Positions 50,701 through 64,000 of a stretch of DNA of 64,000 nt are shown piece after piece (the first letter of the stretch is position 1; the number at the start of each line of letters is the position of its first letter). The stretch spans positions 105,090,001 through 105,154,000 of the forward strand of contig NC_042999.1 in assembly GCF_006345805.1 (NCBI RefSeq). Reading direction: 5' to 3'. Below the pieces are notes generated by a model. That model searched no databases and was not told where the DNA came from. It saw nothing but the letters and a program-made list of their open reading frames with translations. A program made the position numbers and the translations under genes. This DNA comes from Octopus sinensis. Taxonomy: Eukaryota.

Positions 50701-51336
50701 TATTGACAGTGCAATATATTTGCCGTTTTCTTCATGTATGAATAGTTTCATTGAATAAAATTATAGTGTTATTAGTGTTAATGTTTTATTTATTGCCAGA
50801 CGATTTGTATAATAATAAAAATAATACCAACTAGAGCAGAACAACAACAACCACACTAACAACAACAGCAACAATAGTAAAAAACTAAGGATCCTCGAAT
50901 AATTCTGCATCAATCATTTATTTTACTTAACAATTTAGAGTCCAAACTTCTTTGCTCACACCTGAGGAGATAGACAATAAATGTAATTCCTAAAAATTTT
51001 CCTTCAATTGATAATATCACCGCCATACCTAATTTGTTCGTAAACTCACTATAACAATATTGGAAAAATTCAACTAATTAAATATCTCTCCTACAATATA
51101 AATGCTTATAATACCGTATTCATATTATAAATAATTGTCTAGTCAATAACTTGATTTACACACGTGCTAATTAAATACAGTAAATAAGCATGCACATACC
51201 CACATAAAAATACTGAGAACACACATTCGAGCAGTTACACCTAACTATGTCATTTACTATTCTCCCCCTTATACACACACACGCGCGTAAGTATATATAT
51301 ATATATATATATATGTAAATGTATGTATGTTTAAAC

Positions 51337-51908
51337 AACTTACAAGGACGCTGCCATGGGCAAAAGACAAGCTTACAAGTAGTTTCCACGCTTTAGGAAT
51401 GGTCACTTGTCGTTTGAAGACCAACCTCATTCAGGACGACCGTCGACCTACTGGGCGAATGAAAACGTCTTGAAAATTTATGAACTGATCTTGGAAAACT
51501 GTCACCAAAAAATTGACAAACTTGTTGATATGATTGATGTGTCCTCGACCACCTGCCAACAAATTCAAGGGAGGAATTTGCAAATGAAAAGAGTTGCAGC
51601 AAAATCTGTGTCTCGCTTGTTCACGGAAGATCGAAAGTGGTCACGATTCAATGCGTGTCGTGAACTGACGAAAGCTGGTACTACGGAATTTGCAGATGTG
51701 GAAGAGGTGAAGAAAGAAACTACGGAGACGTTAGAAAGCATCACTTTGCACGAGTTCCAGCATTGCTTCGTTCAGTGGAAAAGGCGTCTGGACTGATGCA
51801 TTGCTTCAAATGGAGAATTCTTTGAAGGTAATAAAATTATAAACATGTAAATCTAAGTAAATAAAATAATATTGCAAAATTTCGTTTTCTTTTGGGTAGC
51901 CCCTCGTA
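51337..51908 (+). mobile_element. mariner (Tc1/mariner) remnant, internally deleted, right TIR retained
   Basis: FEDQPHSGRPST..NLQMKRVAAKSVSRLFT (WVPRLL-like) is fused to FADVEEVK..WKRRLD*CIASNGEFFEG, with the DDD domain missing. Ends in ..gggtagcccctcg followed by TA. Confidence 0.88.
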
Positions 51909-52290
51909 TACGTACTTATATGCTGATATGTATATACGCATATAGGTAAATATATGTATACTTATAAAGTATACATAAAGTATACTTATATATGTATACT
52001 TATAACTCTAGATTACTGATATAATGTTATTTGCATAATAAATTAACGGATATCATATACGATATATTTAATAAAGTCATACTTAGTATCACTTCCAAAT
52101 TGTTCGACCTCTGGCTAACCAAATTCATCCGTCTGTCTGAAATTTGGATTCAACTGTCTAGTTTTCTTTTCCATTACTATCGTATGACTTCTTTCAACCT
52201 CCTCAGACTGGAAGAACCGCGTACAATAATGCAAATAATAGGTGCGGTAAGCCAAATCTCTTGTTAATTATAATATGACGGTATGTATAA

Positions 52291-52450
52291 AAGGCGACGA
52301 GCTGGCAGAAACGTTAGCGCGCCGGGCGAAATACTTAGCGGTATTTTGTCTGTCTTCATGTTATGAGATCAAATCTTGCGTACTGGGATTGATCGAATCG
52401 ACTGGCCCGCCTCCCCAAAATTTCAGGTCCTATTCCTAGAGTAGAAAAGA
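52291..52450 (+). mobile_element. SINE (18345 family), internally deleted
   Basis: aaggcgacgagctggcagaaacgttagcgcgccgggcgaaatacttagcggtattt. Confidence 0.8.
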
Positions 52451-53364
52451 AATTATAACGTGACGGTAAACCACGGTGATAAATAATTCCGTCGTGATAC
52501 ATCGTATTTAGGAATATGTATATGGTCGGATGTCATATCGAAATTGTTAGGAAAAACTTATTGTATATGGCTTCGGTAAAGGCAGTAATTTATGAGCACT
52601 TTTCTGCTCAAAGCTGATTTAAAGCTGCGGAATGATGTCACTGAGAGGATTAGTTTGAAATCGTGACTAAAAATATGTCCGTATTCATAATTTCCGTATT
52701 CATGCATATGCATGTATTTGTTTGCCTGTGCATGTATATGTGAGCTTGTGTTTTAGAGTATGTGTCGTATCCAAACGTATGTTCAGAGTGAAGGGGTTAT
52801 AATTAGAAATATAGGCTGCATATCAGAAATATAGACTGTATATTCTAATTAGTATGAAAGCTTTTGTATACGAATTAACTCCAATGTTGACAACTAGATA
52901 AAAGTGTACACCTCCTATTAAGAGATATTAGTGATAGATTTCTGTTAACATTAACAGTTATTTCGCAATCTATTGAAGTATAGTTTAGTTTAACGCCGTT
53001 CTTATACATTATGGGAGGATGTCCCGATACATGTTTCAAAATAATTAATTCAAAGTTTGAATTACTTCGATTCGAATTATTGAAGATGCGAAGGTATTTT
53101 GAACTTTCATTTCTATTTAGTCCATATTTTTCGCTGCTATTGGGTGGGGGGAAAATATCGATGGCCTCTGTCTCTCTCAATCAATATTGATGTGCATATT
53201 GGCTTATACACATATGCACGCACAAACACGTACACGCATACACACCCACCCATATGTGTACATATATGTGTCTATGTGAGTGTGCGCGTGCGTATAGATA
53301 TGTATGCATAACTACCTACAAACTTACACTCATACACAGAAACACACACACTCACACTAATACA

Positions 53365-53455
<91 letters not shown>

Positions 53456-53458
53456 TTA

Positions 53459-54028
<570 letters not shown>

Positions 54029-57000
54029 CATATATCTAGATAGATTGGAAAGGAAGTTTCCTTGGATGGGTATATATGGGATCAGAGCACGTAAATGTTG
54101 GGTGTTATTTTGTGAACATTTTCTGTATGACTATTTAGATGCTTATGTGACATCTGCGATTCTATTGCCGAAATTTGTGTTGCATTTTTATGTTGCTAGT
54201 TGGTTTTTCTAGAGTTTGGATGTTTCGTGGAAACAGTGTTATGCAAATTTATTCTGAATAATGGATTCAACTATGTTCTTTACTCTCCCATATTTTTCTA
54301 TTGGGGGTATGGGAGAGTTGCTTGCACACTTTGTTTTGAGTCTTCTTCATCGTCCTTTTGATTGAGCATCTCTAGTATGTTAAAAAATGTCATAATATGA
54401 GGATTTGTTCCTCAAATGTAGAATTCCTTGATTTGTCTGCAGGGTTGTTAAAATTTTTCCTGGTGTATATGCTGCTCATGTTTGATCGTCGATGCTATTG
54501 ACTGTATTCAAATATAAATCGAATATTTCTATTAAAAGTGATAAAAAAGGAAAAATGAATGGAATGTTGTCAGAGAAGAAGCGGGAGCAAATGCGAAAAG
54601 AGTGAGAAAACGAAATGTTATGAGATGCTATAGCAGAGTGGGAATGAGACAGGTTAGATAAGAGAAATGAAGAGAAAGAATATAATACCAATGGAGCTAA
54701 TAATTCTTGATTTCCTCATTAAAGAAACGATGTGGATCTATCTATTTTGTGATTATTCTGTAAAGCTGAATCGCTTAAAAACCTTAGTAGAATGCTTTCA
54801 AATCGTTTGCTCCCCGCATATTTCGACATACTGAATTAATTTTCTGTCAGTTATGTAATAATAATTTTCAAAAAGCATTGTTTATTTTAGCATTCTTTAA
54901 GTATTCTAATTGAAGAGTTATTTATATTTAAGATGAAATTCTGATCGTAAACCTTCTTTAGAAATTGCTCCGTTGTATAAATTTTGCAGATGATTGCATT
55001 TTTTCCTTATATTTAATTCTGACTGCTATCAATAGTTATCGTTGAAAGATGACATCCTTGGGAATACAATTAATTTAACTTTCAATAAATTGGTTAAACT
55101 ATCGCTTTAATAATTTTTCAATTATCAGGAATATGGTTCTAGTTAAGTATATGTTTGTCAGAAAAATGTATGGGAAAGAACACGTAGTCTAAGTTCTTTT
55201 CTAATTTTTGATATTATAAAAGAAGAATCTTTTTGTTTAATCTTTATGTTTCTAGAAATAATATTTGTGATATTTATTTTATCCTATAATGATGTAATCA
55301 AGGAAATATTGCAGAACTATCTATCACCTTCAAATTAAGTGTAGCTTCATTATTTCAATAATTATTTTTTACTTTCAACGTCTTTAAATATTTCTGCCAA
55401 AAGCACCTTTACATGTAGGCCCATATCCCAACGACTGACCATTTTCTTCAAGAGAAATTTCTTTTCCCAAAACTTAATGGTGATCCACAAATGTCATGGG
55501 AAACTCGTGATCATGAAGTAGTAAGTTCTGTTCTAGAAGAGATGGACATATTTTTTCTTGAACAAAGAACTTAATTTCTCCTTGTTTCAGTAAACTTGAC
55601 TGAAATGAATATTCGCACTGGCCTCCTTCCAGTTGTCATATTCTCAATTCTCTGCTTGGTCAAGTGTGGGGCGTCCGAGAGGTTGTCTATTTCTGCAAGA
55701 GATTACATGGGCATCTAAGAAATATTAACGAAAGTATGGTATTTGCTACCAAGCCATGCTGCCATGCGAGTAATGGTTATGGTGTGTTTTGACTATATCA
55801 TTCCATATATTTTCGATAACTCTTCTTAAATCTACTACATTATGTAAGATTCTTACATGAAATATCTAAAGAATTCTCAGTAGTTCTGCTGAACCACACA
55901 ATATCTGTACACATTTCTAAGGTGCTTTACATTGGGAGTTAAAATGTTGTCCTAATAAAAATTGCATTTCCTCTTCCGGTATTTACAAAGTAACACTGGC
56001 TCAGTCCTTGTTTAGGATATCAATCATATCAATTGTTTATCATGCAGCATATATACGTAGATCTCGGAGAACATTATTCAAATTTTTTGGAAAAAAGGCC
56101 CTGACTTGTACCTTATGACGTCGGGCAACTTCCCAGATGTTCCTTCTTTGGTTGTTTTTAACAAATACATATTTCGCCCAGTATTTTTAGTATTTCCATA
56201 TCAGTGTCGTTATCCATGCAACAGGGCTATGTAGACAGACCCATTTCACTTGTTTGTGATATAACAAGCCAATATAATGAAGGTGAAAATTATTGGTAGA
56301 AACAATTTCATAATTAGCTATATTAAGATTATAATTATTTTATAGACTTTCAACTTATTTTGAAATGCATGTATACAAGCGCAACATTTCATCAATTTTG
56401 ATGGGGTAACAGGTTTCAACGAATCAGGAAATTAAGAAACGTTGTCGGAAATAAATCCAATCTGTTCTTTGAATACAGATACATCATTTTTATATTCATT
56501 TATTGAAATCGACAATGAGTAATTATGATTGTGAATATTTTTCTTACATATTTCGCACTGTGATATACTGAGAGATTACTAGCAGATTTTGTTTTTACCA
56601 TTAAGCATATCTAGGCCTAAAATATGCAAAATCATTGGAAGTGATTACAGACAACTTGGGAATGAAAAATATCATCCGTGAAAATACGAACCAAATAGAC
56701 ATGAAATGCATCCAGTATACAAATTATGACCTCGCCCCCGTTACATGTGGAATATATATTTCTGATTGCTAAATATAAACTTGTTGATTATTGCATTGAT
56801 TATTGTTATAACTTTTCCGATGGTACGCTAAAGATATTTTAAGTCTGTAGCCATCAAATAGCCATTAATCCTGAATGACCATTGACATACATCGCTTATT
56901 GTAATAGACTGGCTATTTTCATAAATAACTGCTTTTAATGAGCAATAACGGTCACAATCAGTTTACAGCCAATGAATGTTTATTGATATAGATTGGTTAT

Positions 57001-57724
57001 TGATGACAAATGCCCATTGCCGTATACTAAATATGGGTAGAGGAGGAACATCAGTTGAAAATGTTTATTTGCATAGAATGGTTATTGCCTCAGCGAGGTC
57101 ATTCTTCTAAATTGTTTATGATAAAAGAGGAGTTATTGGCATAAAACGACTATTATCCTAGACTAGTTATGGCCTTGTTCCAATCTAAGAAATCATTATT
57201 ATAGATTACTTTATATTAGAAATCAATATTTGGTATAAAATGTCAGAAATCGTTTATTATAGACTAGTTATTTCTATTGATTTATTATTGTCTATTACTG
57301 CTAATTGTAATAATAGGTTAGTTATGTGTATAGTATAGCCGTGGCCATATGCTAAATACTAACGTGTACAAATGACACAGCTATTTACATTGCATACAAC
57401 TATGCTGAGGCAAAATACAGAGGCTGAGATCGGATTGGATTCCGGACTGCGTGTGATGTTTGATCATGTGTTGCGCGTATCATCAAATTCAGACGTTAGA
57501 GCTATGAATCCAGAATCTAGAATCAAAAGTAATGACGAAACGGTTATCTAATCAATTGAACTTCTATGAAGCTGATCCAATTCTTCCTTTAATATCAATC
57601 AATCATTTTAAAAACTGATAGACACATAGACCGTAATTCCAGATATACTGTATCGATAAAAATATCCGTCTTGGTCACTGACAAAACACATTTGAGCGTA
57701 GCATATGTGCAGGCGTGCGTGCGG

Positions 57725-57810
<86 letters not shown>

Positions 57811-60280
57811 ATGTGTACAATAGAATAATTCCGTAACAAATATCTAATGCACTGTTATTGATTATTCGAAGGATGTATATTGTACGGGATCTCATTTTCT
57901 AGATATCACATCAATACTGCATCACTTAATTGTAGAGACTAACTGTAGTGATCTAGCATGGGAATTACTTAGAAATTATTTCGACTGCCTGGTTCGACTG
58001 CCACAGGTTCTTGAAAAAAACTAATTTAATCTTAAAATGGTGAATGGAATTTTTTTCTTTTGCTCTAAATACTCTTAATAAAGATATTCTTGGAATGGCA
58101 TAAGAGAATAGCGCGTATAAATTTTTCCTGACACTGTAACTGATGGGAAGAAAGGAGAAATTATATCTTCAGCTTGAAGACATACCTTAAGTGTTTGAAA
58201 TAGAATAGACTCCGGTTAAGTTATCTAAAACCAGGTAGTGATATTAAATGGAGCAACGAATTAAGTCTTACACTTAAGAAATGGAATAATACCTTAAACA
58301 AGCTCGATCACTGTTTCAGTTACCAAACTTATGAAAAGGATTTGGTCCACCTGAGATTTGACAGAAGATATTTTCATAATATGTGGTATCATATATTCTA
58401 TATGCATCATGCAACGTATTTATAGGAAGATGGATGCATTGTATATAACTTGAACGCCTATAAGCTTAGTTTTCAGATATGATATGAAGCTAAACAGCAG
58501 ATAATACTACCTATTTTTCAAACAAATCATTCGTTATCTGGTCTAGCCATTTTGGCGTATTTGCCAACCTAGTTATGTTATGCTTTTGGCTTCTTTCATG
58601 ACAGTAATGTCAAATCCTCTGGTTAGACAATACAAAAATACATACCAGTAAAGGAAAAAACAAAAACATTAATAAAAACTTTAAAGAAGAACAAGCAAAC
58701 ATCAACGAAATAGGAAATAAATAGTGATGAAAATTAAAGAAACTTTTGGAGAAAATTTAAAGAATAAAGTAATAAAAAGAATATAAAAACAGACCGATTG
58801 AATCCAGATAATTATAAAAAGTAAATTGATGTTAAAAGGTTATCTAATTTAAGAGAAGTGCTACGAGCTGGAATTATTTTTAAAGTAAAAATCTAAATCA
58901 ATGATGCATTTAGCGAGCAGTGGAGCCAAACACCTCCTTGGTCATTAAAAAAAATAGATATTCAGTAAAAGTCTCAGCTTAAACATAGAGTGACTGTAAC
59001 AGTAAAAGTAATGTGAACAAAACTAGCAGTAGCAACATTATCTATATCAACTATAGGCATAGCATCAATAAAAATAAATCTAAAACAGCAGCGGCAGGAG
59101 CAAACAAAGTAACAGTATTATCAACATCAATTATAACAACAACAGCAACAACAACACCAGAAATAACAGTAAAAACTATAACTAAAGCAATAAAAAAGTA
59201 ATGTCAACAAGGTTAGAACCAAAGGCAAATGTATCCTCCTCCTCCTCCGCTTCCTCCACGTTTTCATCATTGTCATAATCATCGTCGTTGTCGTCGACAT
59301 CATCGCCTTTATCAATTTCGACAACAATATTAAAACTAGCAACAGCAAGAGCTATCGAATTTCTCAGAGACAGTCAAATGGCTAGTTGATAACATAGTCA
59401 TAAAAATGGATAATAGATAATAAAAATATGTATGCTCGAACAAAATCATTGGTAGGTAACTGCTGGTGAGTATGTCTATAATTATCATGATATGTGCCTG
59501 TGTGTGCATTAATATTTTGTATGGATGGGCAAGGATTTTAGTTATTTATACAGGCTTATGCATATGTGTACAGGCAATATGTATGTATATGTGAATGTAA
59601 TGTCTATGATTGTGTTTTGGATAACAATATAGATGTAATATGCATGTGTAAATTCGACGGAATGTGATTGAACAGTCTGCGTATAGTATTTAGCGGTGTA
59701 TTTAAATGAATGCAATGTGGCTTAAGTCCTGATAATATAATGTCTTCGGATTAAAATTAGTCAGAATAAATATCATTAAGAAAATACAAAGGCAAGTTAA
59801 TGTTGACTGCACTACAACATTTATTCCCGACGCTAAAGTGAAATACATCAACTGGTAAAACAAGTAGAACTCAGTTAAAAGCATTACATGGTTTCAAAAT
59901 GCTTCTTGAAGTTGAAGATAAGTGTTAGAAAAATGCTAAGCATAGCGTCAAAGATTCTGGTTACAAATTTCTCGTTTCTGAAGCTTCAAAGTGGTATAAA
60001 CTGCTCTCATGTTGAAGATCAGAAATCGCACGTAAAAAAGGCATCTCCTTAAGAAATTAGATAGAAATAAGTGACCCTTAAATAACTGATTTGGGACTCT
60101 TGGCTAGTCTATCACGTTAAGGAGTAGACAGTCTGCGAGAAGCTAAATGGACTTTACCACCACGTGGTCCAAAATGGGCATCTAAATGTGCAACAGCATA
60201 CTCTGGGTAGCTAAAAGTAAAGAGTGAACATGCTTCTCCTACAAGTATTTTGCAACTAAAAATATCCCTTTAGGCTTCGA

Positions 60281-60627
60281 AGAATTTCTTAGTATGAGGT
60301 CATATTCATTTAGACGTTGCAGAATTTGTCAGTATGGATAAAAATATAGATGGATAACAATATGGACGTAGTAGAATTTCTCAGTATGACGCCATATTCG
60401 TTTAGACGTAGTAAAATGTCTCACTATGACGTCTTATTCATTTAGACGTAGAATTTCTGAATTTCACGTCATATTCATTTATACGGAGTAGAATTTCTCA
60501 GTGTGACGTCATGTTCATTTAGACGTAGAATGTCTCAGAATGACGTCATATTCATTTAGATGTTAGTAGACGTTTTCACTATGACGTTATATTCATTTAA
60601 ATGTAGAAGACTTTCTTAGTATGACAT
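60281..60627. repeat. ~37-41-bp minisatellite, ~8 units
   Basis: Consensus gtagaatttctcagtatgacgtcatattcatttagacgta. Confidence 0.9.
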
Positions 60628-61632
60628 CCCTGGTTCATCGGTGTGATATATTCATTTGCAGGGCATGAGATTTTAACTCACTGATTAAAAGGCTTACATA
60701 TTGCACAGATTGCGTAGGAACATTTCCAGTCAACCTTATGAATTTAGTCTCAGCTTTGCTAACCTCTAAGACACTAGCTAAATTTATAAGTTTTGTAAAG
60801 CTTATTGTCGTCGTTCTTCATTAAAACTGGATGAGAACTAAAATTTAGAGAACTAAAATCATGTGAACACATCTAATCTTGTTGCTACTGTAGAGCACAT
60901 ATTGTAAATGCTATTGATCTGTCGTCTTTGTTATCGTCATCACAATTTATGTCAGAATATTTTATACTCTTTTGATCTATGACTAAAAGTAATGTCTACA
61001 ATCATCCTCTCTCTCTTTTCTTTGGGATAGTGTGTATCATATTGTAATTACGGATATTCTGTCCTTCCTGTTTTGGAAAGGTTCGTATCATGATATTTGG
61101 GTGATATGACTTTTATTGTAACAGATCCTGACATAATGTCGAAATATTAGCGAATGCGAGAGAATGTATCAGGACGACTGATATATTTAACAGTGAAGAA
61201 CTATATTTCGGAATCGTAAACTTCCAAGGTGGTGGATGCTAATGTTTATAGAGGTGATTAATTAAGAAAGTCAATAAAAGAAAACTGCTCAGTTAATGGA
61301 TTACCTGCTCCCCAATTATTAGCTCTGCAGCAAAATTAGGAATCTCTTTGAATATCACGATGAAGGTTTGGTAGAATCGAAGGAGACAATATGCTTTGCT
61401 GTAAGTTTATCCCTCTTTTTTACGTTCTGAGTTCATATTCTCCTGTGGTCTTCTCTGCATTCAGGCTATCGGGCGCTATGAAATAAAATATATCTCAAGC
61501 AATGGTGTTGATTCTATCATCAAATCACATTCGCTCACAAACAAAAATAATTATTCAGAACTTCGTGATGGTGTCGACATTTCTCATATTCTACGATATA
61601 TATATATATATATATAGTATTTTATACATTCT

Positions 61633-61701
<69 letters not shown>

Positions 61702-63013
61702 CATACATAAACACCTTTACAAATATACGCAATCAAATATACATTCACTCTACTTAATATATGATAAGCATTTGTTCCATTAATTTTGTAACTTTATTTG
61801 TACCTCTACATGTATCTATTCGTAGGTCATAATTAGGATCGTTTTTAATATATTTACGTGCATTGAACCTATATAACGTGTATTCACTACGATCGTATAT
61901 AACTATATCCTATCCTTATCACACTATACTCAATAAGAATCATACTCTTGACATAACGTTTTTATATATACAAAATATTCCTTTTGCATAGCATTATCCT
62001 ACACCTTCTATACATTTAACTTTAATATATCTTTTATTTTTAACATTCGCTGCTCTCATTACATCCTATACTTGGTCATTATTATTTTTCTTATTTATCT
62101 ACCCTACACTAGTAAAATTTCGTTTTATCTTCACCTTCTCTAATTTATTACCTTATAACTTCAAAATACGTCTTCTTACTACATCTCATTATATGTTCTC
62201 TTATCTCTATTCTTAACAATAACTTAATCGTCATATTTCCATTTGAATAACTACTTTTTCTTCATCTTCACCTTTATTATACTTCTAAGTTACCTCAATA
62301 CGGATCTTGAGTAAACAAGAGTACTTTATCCACTTCTACTTCATTCTTTTTAACTTTCCCCTCCCCCTATATTTTCATAAATGACTTCATTAACCTTCTA
62401 GTATACGCTTTACAAACAATTTCTTTTTACGCTAAACTTTCTTCATCTGTTTAAGATTATTTATTAAAATAATAATTGGTATTGTTTTTAACGGTTAGAT
62501 TTAATTAACATTGGGCAACTTTTTCGCATTGGACAAACCTTAACTTAGTCACCCTATGCTTCATCTATGGTGATTTAATTAGCAAATCTATGCTAATCTA
62601 TAGAGAGAGTGTTATCGACGTCTCTATATTTATATCTTTCTCTAACTGTTCATCTTTTAGTCGTGGCTTAATATTTGACATGACTCTCATCACTATCACA
62701 AACAGAGGAACAGGCAAACATGAAACTCATAGATCCAACTCTTTGCTCTTTTTTAAAGTTCCTATTATTATTTTTCTCTTCACTGATCAGGAGTATGATT
62801 ATGTTTCAAAATCAAATATAAATTTATATCTATGTACGAAACAATTGTATGCATGAATTTCCTGCTTACAAATTTTTAACATCGTGCCTCCTCCATTTTT
62901 GATAAATATGATTGGATTTGTAGAAATTCATTCGAATTATATATGTATATATATATTTATATATATATATATATATCTTGTAAATACACACATACTGACA
63001 CATACAGACACAA

Positions 63014-63091
<78 letters not shown>

Positions 63092-64000
63092 TTATATTTA
63101 TGCATGTGTTAGTGTGCATAATTAATATATTCATACATGCACATTTATAAATATTTCCCCATCTATGTAAATATATGTCTGTATACGAGTTATGCGTGAA
63201 AAAATGTGAATCTGATGTACGAACATATTCAGCTACCAAAATTCTTGCTCGTTGATATCTTTATGTCCATCTTTAAGTGTAATATTGCCTAAGTATCGCA
63301 TCTATGCTTGAGAGTGGCTATATTGGAATCAAAGTAACTATGCACAGACGATTTCAAATGTCAACTCATTTACTCTATTCATATGAACACACAGAGCGTG
63401 ATATATGGTGGCAATGTTATTAATATTTACCTTTTGAAGATGTGATTCATTGGTTATTTTATATAAACACTCACGAGCAGGCACACACGTGCACATACAC
63501 ACACACATGCATACGCACATACACACGCATACACGAACACAGACATAAAAAGTAACTATGTAAATGGCATATCTATTATGAGGCATTATTGAGTCATGCA
63601 TAAAGTTATGTGGTAATTAAATTGATTTGTTTTACTGCATGTTATATTGGCATCTTACGAATGATATTTGTATTTGAATCTCACTTTTTGTATTCCTCTG
63701 TCTCTGTATAAACACACACACACACACATCATCATATAATACATTTTACTATATAATAAATACAGGAGTTACACTTCAATTTATCTGCTTGAAAATTACG
63801 ACTTTTTTATGGGGCGTTTCTATAAGGCATGCTGTGGCCAATCCAGCTATCATTCAGGCTCACACCTCATGGAAAAATCGTTAAAAGACGTCTAGGAAAG
63901 TCAGGGTGTTAATACTATTCTTACAAGTTAGGATTTTCTTATTTCAACTGTAATATTAAAGCGTGCCATAAAAGTCTTACCTACAGATAAAGAATGTTGA

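Noticed and set aside
56845-57110. Repeat-free stretch rich in TAAT/CCAAT/ATTG motifs, possible enhancer
   Set aside because: Such motifs are expected by chance at this AT content, and conservation data would be needed.
60281-60627. CRISPR-like array
   Set aside because: Units are contiguous degenerate repeats with essentially no unique spacers, the context is eukaryotic and there are no cas genes.
62775-62825. CTGATCA..tttcAAAA hammerhead-like motif
   Set aside because: Both core segments are mismatched and no stem I or III partner is visible.

Overview
AT-rich, microsatellite-saturated eukaryotic intergenic or intronic DNA. The SINE and repeat content resembles an octopod cephalopod genome (inference). 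No host protein-coding exon can be supported, and most ORF calls are translations of simple repeats. Recognisable content: tRNA-derived SINEs, R4/Dong-type LINE fragments ending in (TAA)n, a decayed mariner, a MITE-like inverted repeat and several tandem repeats. The striking signal is a set of at least seven sequence-distinct short elements that each carry a minimal type I hammerhead ribozyme (HHR) motif, sit in (TA)n tracts and often occur as inverted pairs. This architecture is typical of Penelope-like element (PLE) pseudo-LTRs and retrozymes. Two are attached to GIY-YIG endonuclease ORFs that lack the RT. The best candidate for an undescribed system is at 33571-37087. A ~353-nt HHR-bearing retrozyme-like monomer has been invaded twice at the same 18-bp site, next to the ribozyme, by an element encoding only a gag/ORF1-like zinc-knuckle protein. 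The empty target site survives in the adjacent inverted copy. All structure calls were made by eye; no folding, alignment or database search was run.
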